Positions 26,623 to 32,000 of a DNA stretch of 32,000 nt are shown here, one piece after another (within the stretch, counting starts at the first letter, position 1; each line of letters begins with the position of its first letter). A program made the translations under genes and the position numbers. The notes under the pieces are model-generated. The model ran no database searches, was not told the DNA's origin, and saw only the letters and a program-made list of their open reading frames with translations. The stretch is taken from NCBI RefSeq assembly GCF_000145295.1, contig NC_014408.1, positions 1,230,001 to 1,262,000 of the forward strand. The letters are read 5' to 3'. The DNA comes from Methanothermobacter marburgensis str. Marburg (GTDB lineage: Archaea; Methanobacteriota; Methanobacteria; Methanobacteriales; Methanothermobacteraceae).

Positions 26623-27124
26623 CACCCAGTCTTTCCATAACAGCTCTTTTCATGACCAGTTCAAGTTCATCCATAACCCCATCGGGTGCCCTGGACTCAA
26701 TGGGTAGCGGTATGTGACCAAAGTCAGGGTCCCTGAATACCTCACCCCCGAATTTCACGGGTCTGCTGTAGCGGGGGATGAAGTGCCAGTGAACCTCAGG
26801 GTCCGGGTTTTCAGACCTGAAAGCCGAATTTTTAAAGCAGCTCCAGTTGAAGAGGTCCGGTCCAAAAAGGTCGCCCACAGCGGATTCAAGCACCCTCACA
26901 ACCACTGCAAAGTCAAGCCACTCATCATTGGTGACTTCAGAGAGGTTCCTGCATTTCCTCCGAAGTGCCACCACACAGGTTGCAAGGTAGCGCTGGCTCG
27001 GTGCAAGGTAAACAATCCATTTGTCTGTCCCGGCAATTTCACGGCCATAATAACCGTCAACCCCACAGTACTCACAGACCTGCACATGATCACCGCTAAA
27101 ATCTATGGACAAGGTAATACTCAA
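26603..27124 (-). CDS. HIT (histidine triad) family protein
   Basis: Histidine triad variant ..PEVHWHFIPRY.. The N-terminal CEYCG resembles the CxFC seen near HIT N-termini. The TTG at 27124 directly abuts a TTAATATAAA element. The GTG at 27085 (MQVCEYCG...), preceded by GGTGAT, is a plausible true start. Confidence 0.72.
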   Translation of the reverse strand: MSITLSIDFSGDHVQVCEYCGVDGYYGREIAGTDKWIVYLAPSQRYLATCVVALRRKCRNLSEVTNDEWLDFAVVVRVLESAVGDLFGPDLFNWSCFKNSAFRSENPDPEVHWHFIPRYSRPVKFGGEVFRDPDFGHIPLPIESRAPDGVMDELELVMKRAVMERLGDVLGKD

Positions 27125-27197
27125 GGTTTATATTAATCATTAAACCTAATTTATATGTATATGCAGCCCATGCCCAGTAACTGCACAGGTGGTTAAG

Positions 27198-28340
27198 ATG
27201 GGGGAGCTTCGAAAATTTGTGACCGCTGAATTTGTTTTTGGAAACGGGGCCAGGTTCCTGGCAGGAAGATACGCCTCAAACCTCGGGGCCAGAAGGGTCC
27301 TCCTTGTAACAGACCATGGTATAATGAAAACCGGTCTCGTGGATGACGTTACACGTAGCCTCAGTGATGGGGGCCTTGATTATGTCATATTCAATGATGT
27401 AACACCAAACCCCCGTGACCACGAGGTCATGGAGGGTGCTGAGGTCTTTGATGCAGAGGAGTGCAACATGATCGTTGCACTGGGCGGCGGAAGCCCCATT
27501 GACTGTGCAAAGGCCATGGGCGCTGTTGTATCCAACAGAATGGATGTGCTGGAGTTTGAGGGTGTTGACCGCATCCCCATACTCTCGGTTCCCATAATAT
27601 GCATCCCGACAACCGCCGGTACAGGTGCAGATGTATCCCAGTTTGCGATAATCATGGACACCCATAGAAGGGTTAAGATGGCCATCATAAGCAAGACAAT
27701 GGTGCCTGACGCATCCCTAATAGACCCTGAAACCACCCTCACCATGGATAGGGAGCTAACAGCTGCAACAGGTATGGATGCCCTGGCACATGCCATTGAG
27801 GCATACGTATCCAATGCAAGCTTCCACCTGACCGACCTCAACGCCCTCGACTCAATAGGCATCATAAACCAGGCCCTCCCCCGGGCCGTGCTTGAACCAG
27901 ATAACATGGATTACCGTGAGGATATGATGCTTGCAAGCCTCGAGGCAGGCCTTGCATTCTCCAACGCCAGCCTTGGACTTGTGCATGCCATGGCCCACAG
28001 CCTCGGTGGGATGCTGGACATACCCCATGGTGAGGCAAATGCCCTCCTCCTTGAATACGTTATTGAATTCAACTTCAAAGCCGCGAGGGAGAGGTATCTC
28101 AAGATCGCAGGGGCCATGGGACTCAGTGGTTCGGGGCTGGAGGAACTCAAGGAACACATAAGGGAATTTCGGGAGACCCTGGGAATGGATATGACACTTG
28201 GGGACCTTGGTGTTGATGAGGAGGACATACCCTCCCTTGCAGAGACCTCAATGAGGGATCCCTGCATAGTTACAAACCCGGTCCGGCCAGAAAAGACGGA
28301 TGTTGAGGAGATATTCAGGAGGGCCCTCCATGGGGCTTGA
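27198..28340 (+). CDS. Iron-containing (group III) alcohol dehydrogenase
   Basis: ORF track 27189..28340. The ATG at 27198 has an AGGTGG RBS 5 nt upstream. Motifs are ..ALGGGSPIDCAKA.. and the metal-His block ..LVHAMAHSLGG..HG... Confidence 0.9.
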   Translation: MGELRKFVTAEFVFGNGARFLAGRYASNLGARRVLLVTDHGIMKTGLVDDVTRSLSDGGLDYVIFNDVTPNPRDHEVMEGAEVFDAEECNMIVALGGGSPIDCAKAMGAVVSNRMDVLEFEGVDRIPILSVPIICIPTTAGTGADVSQFAIIMDTHRRVKMAIISKTMVPDASLIDPETTLTMDRELTAATGMDALAHAIEAYVSNASFHLTDLNALDSIGIINQALPRAVLEPDNMDYREDMMLASLEAGLAFSNASLGLVHAMAHSLGGMLDIPHGEANALLLEYVIEFNFKAARERYLKIAGAMGLSGSGLEELKEHIREFRETLGMDMTLGDLGVDEEDIPSLAETSMRDPCIVTNPVRPEKTDVEEIFRRALHGA

Positions 28341-28350
28341 GGGTGGTGAA

Positions 28351-29460
28351 ATGTCTGATAGGGACTGGGAAACCCTCAGGGAGAAGATAATAGGGTTCGG
28401 TGAAAAATCCATAAGGAAGAGTTACTATCCCCGTCTTCAGGAATCACTCGCCGAACTCAGAAGGTTCAGGAAACTCCTTGACTGTACAGACGACGCCATA
28501 TTCCTGGTTAAAACACCTGGAGGCGAACTTACAGACGCCAACCGCTCAGCCTGCACAAGACTGGGGTATTCAACCCGTGATATACCCGGGCACAGCATCT
28601 ATGATCTTCTGCCTGAGGACATGCATTCCCGCTTCAAAGGGATCCTTGAGGGCAACGATGAGAGGATAACAATGGAGGGGCACCTTATAAAAAGAAACCG
28701 TGAAATGATACCTGTTGAAATAAAGGTAGATATGGTTGATTTTGATGGTGAAAGGTACGCGGTCCTGGTGGCCAGGGATATAACCGAGAGGCTGAAAATG
28801 GAGGCGGAACTCAGGAGGTCCCTGAGGGAAAAGGAGGTCCTTCTCAGTGAGATACACCACAGGGTCAAGAACAACCTCCAGATAATTTCAAGCCTTCTGA
28901 GCCTTCAGAGCCACACTATCAAGGACCCCACTTGCAGGGATCTCCTTGAGGAAAGCCAGGACAGGATAAGGTCCATGGGCCTCATACATGAGCAGCTATA
29001 CCGTTCAGGTGATTTCAGCTCCATCGACTTTGGAGTGTACGCCTCCCGACTCCTCAAGAACCTCCAGAGGTCATATTCCCATGGAAAGGATATAGAATTC
29101 TCGCTTGAAGCCGATGATATAAAGGTGAGCCTTGAAACCTCAATTCCCCTGGGCCTCATACTGAGTGAACTGGTAACCAATGCACTCAAACACGCTTTCA
29201 GAGGAAGGGATAAAGGCAAAATCACAGTGAGGTTTAAAAGGAGGGACTCTGCCTGTATTCTTGAGGTGAAAGACGATGGTGTGGGGTTCAATGAGGAGGA
29301 TCTCAGGAATAGCAAATCCCTTGGCTTCAAACTTGTTGAAATCCTCACAGAACAGCTTGACGGAACCCTCACCTTTTCAGGGGCGGACGGCGGATTTTTC
29401 CGGATAGAATTCAGGGAACCCCCCTATACCGACAGAATGTCAGTGGATTCTGATAAATAA
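28351..29460 (+). CDS. PAS-domain sensor histidine kinase (HisKA_2-type H-box, HATPase_c)
   Basis: ORF track 28300..29460. The ATG at 28351 has a GGGTGGTGA RBS and lies 10 nt after the ADH stop. It has a PAS segment (..DAIFLVKTPGGELTDANRSACTRLGY..), the H-box LLSEIHHRVKNNLQIISSLL and the N-box ..LSELVTNALKHAF... No TM segment and no adjacent response regulator. Confidence 0.85.
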   Translation: MSDRDWETLREKIIGFGEKSIRKSYYPRLQESLAELRRFRKLLDCTDDAIFLVKTPGGELTDANRSACTRLGYSTRDIPGHSIYDLLPEDMHSRFKGILEGNDERITMEGHLIKRNREMIPVEIKVDMVDFDGERYAVLVARDITERLKMEAELRRSLREKEVLLSEIHHRVKNNLQIISSLLSLQSHTIKDPTCRDLLEESQDRIRSMGLIHEQLYRSGDFSSIDFGVYASRLLKNLQRSYSHGKDIEFSLEADDIKVSLETSIPLGLILSELVTNALKHAFRGRDKGKITVRFKRRDSACILEVKDDGVGFNEEDLRNSKSLGFKLVEILTEQLDGTLTFSGADGGFFRIEFREPPYTDRMSVDSDK

Positions 29461-29595
29461 TTCTCTAAAAAGAGCATTTTAATTTTTTCAGCCAATAACA
29501 TCGACGGATTGCTCTTAAATCTTCCATTTAATAGAAAGCCACTTTCAATCCAGCAATGGAAAGCATTATAAGACGTGTCCCATGTTAATATAAAC

Positions 29596-30171
29596 ATGGT
29601 CAGATTCAGTAAGGGAGAGGTAAGGGATATCCTGATCTCAATGGTTGTGATCGCCGGAGTATTTGCCTATGTGTTCTCAGGTAGAAACCTGCAGGTCGCG
29701 CTGATTCGGCTTCCGGCAACCCTCGTTACTGTGGGGCTTGGATTTGTCCTCCATGAGATCGCCCATAAGTTAATGGCAATAAGGTATGGATTCTGGGCCG
29801 AATACAGGCTGTGGCTCGAGGGCCTCGTACTGGCGCTTGTAACCTCCTACTTTGGATTCGTATTCGCAGCCCCGGGGGCCGTTTACATACATGGAAACTA
29901 CATTGACAGGGACGTTAACGGGAAGATATCCATTGCAGGGCCCCTCACCAACATAATGCTGGCTCTAATATTCCTTATGGCTTCATCTGTACTCCCATCT
30001 CCATTTCGCGATGTTGCTGTACTTGGATACGCCGTTAACAGCTTCCTTGCCCTCTTTAACCTCATACCAATCGCCGTACTTGATGGTGCCAAGGTTTTCA
30101 GATGGAATCCCCTCATATGGCTCATTGCAGCCGCATCGGCATTTGCACTCACATTCAACAGCATGTTCTAA
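29596..30171 (+). CDS. M50-family (site-2-protease-like) membrane metalloprotease
   Basis: ORF track 29575..30171 (GTG start). The ATG at 29596 lies ~30 nt downstream of ATTATAAG (29564-29571). It has HEIAHK (HExxH) in a TM helix and the second motif ..FNLIPIAVLDG... Confidence 0.8.
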   Translation: MVRFSKGEVRDILISMVVIAGVFAYVFSGRNLQVALIRLPATLVTVGLGFVLHEIAHKLMAIRYGFWAEYRLWLEGLVLALVTSYFGFVFAAPGAVYIHGNYIDRDVNGKISIAGPLTNIMLALIFLMASSVLPSPFRDVAVLGYAVNSFLALFNLIPIAVLDGAKVFRWNPLIWLIAAASAFALTFNSMF

Positions 30172-30180
30172 GTGATCGAG

Positions 30181-31368
30181 ATGTTCCGGGATATTCCTGT
30201 TAAATATGTTGGATGCACCCACCGGGCCATGAAGCCCTCAGAGACACTCAGGGCCTTCAGGGAAAAACTCAGGGCCATAGGTGTCACAAGGATAACCGAG
30301 ATAACACACCTTGATCGTATAGGCATACCTGTATTCTCAGCCATAAGGCCGACAGCGGAGGAGGGTGCTGTTAGCATATACGCAGGTAAGGGCGCCACCA
30401 GAAAACAGGCAAGGGCCTCTGCAATGATGGAGGCCTTTGAAAGGTACTCTGCCGAGAGAAGTCCCCTGGACGAAACACTGAGGGCCCATCCATCCGAGAT
30501 GGATAAACGCCTGGACCCTGAAGCACTTATTCTTCCACCAAACGCTGATACAGACTCTGAGGTTGAGTGGATAATTGCAGAGGATATAAAAAGTCAGGAC
30601 AGGATTCACGTACCTGCAAATGCGGTTTTTCACCCTTACAATCCCCCTGAGGGATGTGTGAGTCTCTTCAGGTCCAACACCAATGGCCTTGCATCAGGTA
30701 ACGTCCTGGAGGAGGCCATATTCCACGGCCTCATGGAGGTGATAGAGAGGGACGCCTGGAGCCTCTTTGAGGCAAGGAGGGGTCCCCGAATAGAAATTGA
30801 TTGTTCGGGGACAGATAACAGGATAATAACGTGTCTACTTGAAAGGTTCCAGAGGGCAGGGGTTGAGATAACACTGGTGGATCTCACCGCTGACACTGGC
30901 GTTGCAACGGTTGCTGCAGTTGCAGATGATGTTGTGCTCAGGGACCCTGCACTCCTCACCATGGGCGTGGGGACCCACCTTGACCCTGAAATTGCAGTTA
31001 TAAGGGCCCTCACAGAGGTTGCCCAGAGCCGGGCCACCCAGATACACGGCACCAGGGAGGACACAGTAAGGGCGGAGTTCATGAGGAGGGCCGGGTATGA
31101 GAGGATGAAGAGGCTAAACAGGCACTGGTTCTCTGAGCCCGATAATACCATTGCACTTGAGGATATGGATGACCTCTCAACAAGGTCATTCCAGAGGGAC
31201 CTTGAGATTACCCTGGATAAACTGGAGAGGGCGGGCCTGAAGCAGACACTCTATGTGGATCTAACCCGTGATGTTGGTGTTCCCGTTGTAAGGGTCATTG
31301 TACCGGGACTTGAGGTTTTCTCTGTTGACCCTGAAAGGGTGGGGGGACGCATAAGGTCCTCCAGGTGA
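30181..31368 (+). CDS. ycaO: YcaO-domain ATP-dependent amide-activating enzyme (methanogen McrA-thioglycine type)
   Basis: ORF track 30172..31368. The ATG at 30181 lies 9 nt after the M50 stop. YcaO blocks are ..[26 protein letters not shown].., ..[25 protein letters not shown].. and a C-terminal ..[10 protein letters not shown]... It is followed by tfuA. Confidence 0.9.
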   Translation: MFRDIPVKYVGCTHRAMKPSETLRAFREKLRAIGVTRITEITHLDRIGIPVFSAIRPTAEEGAVSIYAGKGATRKQARASAMMEAFERYSAERSPLDETLRAHPSEMDKRLDPEALILPPNADTDSEVEWIIAEDIKSQDRIHVPANAVFHPYNPPEGCVSLFRSNTNGLASGNVLEEAIFHGLMEVIERDAWSLFEARRGPRIEIDCSGTDNRIITCLLERFQRAGVEITLVDLTADTGVATVAAVADDVVLRDPALLTMGVGTHLDPEIAVIRALTEVAQSRATQIHGTREDTVRAEFMRRAGYERMKRLNRHWFSEPDNTIALEDMDDLSTRSFQRDLEITLDKLERAGLKQTLYVDLTRDVGVPVVRVIVPGLEVFSVDPERVGGRIRSSR

Positions 31369-31426
31369 ATATCATAAGCCCACACAGATGAAATGATTAA
31401 GTGACCCTACGCACTAGATAATCCAT

Positions 31427-32000
31427 ATGCACAGCAGAAAGATCATAATATTTACAGGACCATCACTTTCCCACAGTGATGCATCAGATATCCTAAGGGC
31501 AGATTACAGACCCCCTGTAAGGCGGGGTGACGTCCATGAGGCCCTCTCTGATAAGCCAGACATAATAGGGATAATTGACGGTGTATTTCATCAGAGTCCG
31601 GCAGTGGGGCACCGTGAAATCATTGAGGCCCTCAGGATGGGCGTTACCGTTGTTGGAGGGGCCAGTATGGGGGCGCTAAGGGCCTCTGAACTCTATGACT
31701 TGGGGATGGTGGGAGTCGGCCGTATATTCAGGGCCTACCTGAATGGTGATCTGGAATCTGATGATGATGTTGCAGTTGCCTTTAACCCTGAAACCCTCGA
31801 GGCCCTCTCTGATTCCCTTGTGAGCATTCATTTTAACTTTGAAAGGGCCCTTGAAAGTGGCATCATCGGTGAAGATGACTTCAGAGAACTCATGAAAATC
31901 GCTAAGAATCTATTTTATCCCCTCAGGAACTACCAGAGAATTCTGCATGACGCAGAAATACCTGAAAACAGAAAGGCATCCCTCATGTCATTCCTTGAAT
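31427..32000 (+). CDS. tfuA: TfuA-like protein, partner of YcaO (3' end beyond the window)
   Basis: Not in the ORF track because there is no stop. My translation from the ATG at 31427 gives MHSRKIIIFTGPSLSHSDASDILRADYRPPVRRGDVHEALSDKPDIIGIIDGVFHQSPAVGHREIIEAL..GGASMGALRASEL.., the characteristic TfuA pattern. Confidence 0.85.
   Translation, partial: MHSRKIIIFTGPSLSHSDASDILRADYRPPVRRGDVHEALSDKPDIIGIIDGVFHQSPAVGHREIIEALRMGVTVVGGASMGALRASELYDLGMVGVGRIFRAYLNGDLESDDDVAVAFNPETLEALSDSLVSIHFNFERALESGIIGEDDFRELMKIAKNLFYPLRNYQRILHDAEIPENRKASLMSFLE

Noticed and set aside
26603-26625. 20-23-nt overlap between the HIT gene 3' end and the M24 peptidase start
   Set aside because: This is ordinary translational coupling in a compact archaeal genome. 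No slippery sequence or other recoding signal was seen.
27380-31151. Several 90-175-aa minus-strand ORFs (27380..27907, 27911..28267, 28905..29372, 30636..31151)
   Set aside because: All are antisense to well-supported plus-strand genes (ADH, histidine kinase, YcaO) and are Ser/Leu/Arg-rich without motifs.
1-32000. Looked for CRISPR arrays, tRNA/rRNA genes, IS elements, integrases, and toxin-antitoxin or defence-type gene pairs
   Set aside because: I found no regularly spaced repeats and no cloverleaf-compatible GC-rich segments in the short spacers. There are no transposase- or integrase-like ORFs. Intergenic regions are short apart from 8590-8811 and 22457-22952.

Overview
This window reads as archaeal chromosome from a hydrogenotrophic methanogen. 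Gene content looks Methanothermobacter-like, but that is judged from memory and no database was searched. It is almost fully coding, and most genes lie on the minus strand.

Positions 1-8589 hold the A1AO ATP synthase operon atpHIKECFABD. atpD is truncated at the window edge and atpK is the internally duplicated proteolipid.

Upstream of the operon is a tight cluster of carboxylic-acid enzymes: an MmgE/PrpD-like protein, an unknown 302-aa protein, an Fe-S hydro-lyase alpha subunit, and a short citrate-synthase/citryl-CoA-lyase-like protein.

The remaining genes, in order:
- tiaS, head-to-head with an XRE-type HTH regulator
- a split small membrane/beta-rich ORF pair
- an unknown protein and serA
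- an apparent operon of PRC-barrel protein, nadX, Thg1-like protein and JAMM protease
- a tRNA-binding-domain protein and a radical SAM enzyme
- an orphan 0.5-kb region with its own TATA box and oligo-T tract but no proper gene
- an aldehyde dehydrogenase, a class-III-signal-peptide pilin-like gene and a TadC/FlaJ-like gene
- an M24 peptidase, a HIT protein, an Fe-alcohol dehydrogenase and a PAS/HisKA_2 histidine kinase
- an M50 protease, then ycaO and tfuA (tfuA truncated at the window end)

I saw no rRNA, tRNA, CRISPR array, IS element or integrase. Nothing here is demonstrably a new system.

The most promising leads are:
- the carboxylate-enzyme cluster
- the orphan transcription unit next to the radical SAM gene
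- a 20-nt AT-rich palindromic motif shared by two odd intergenic regions
- the split small ORF pair
- the ATPase-less pilin/TadC pair
- the M50-ycaO-tfuA linkage

All functional calls rest on motif recognition and synteny, not on searches.
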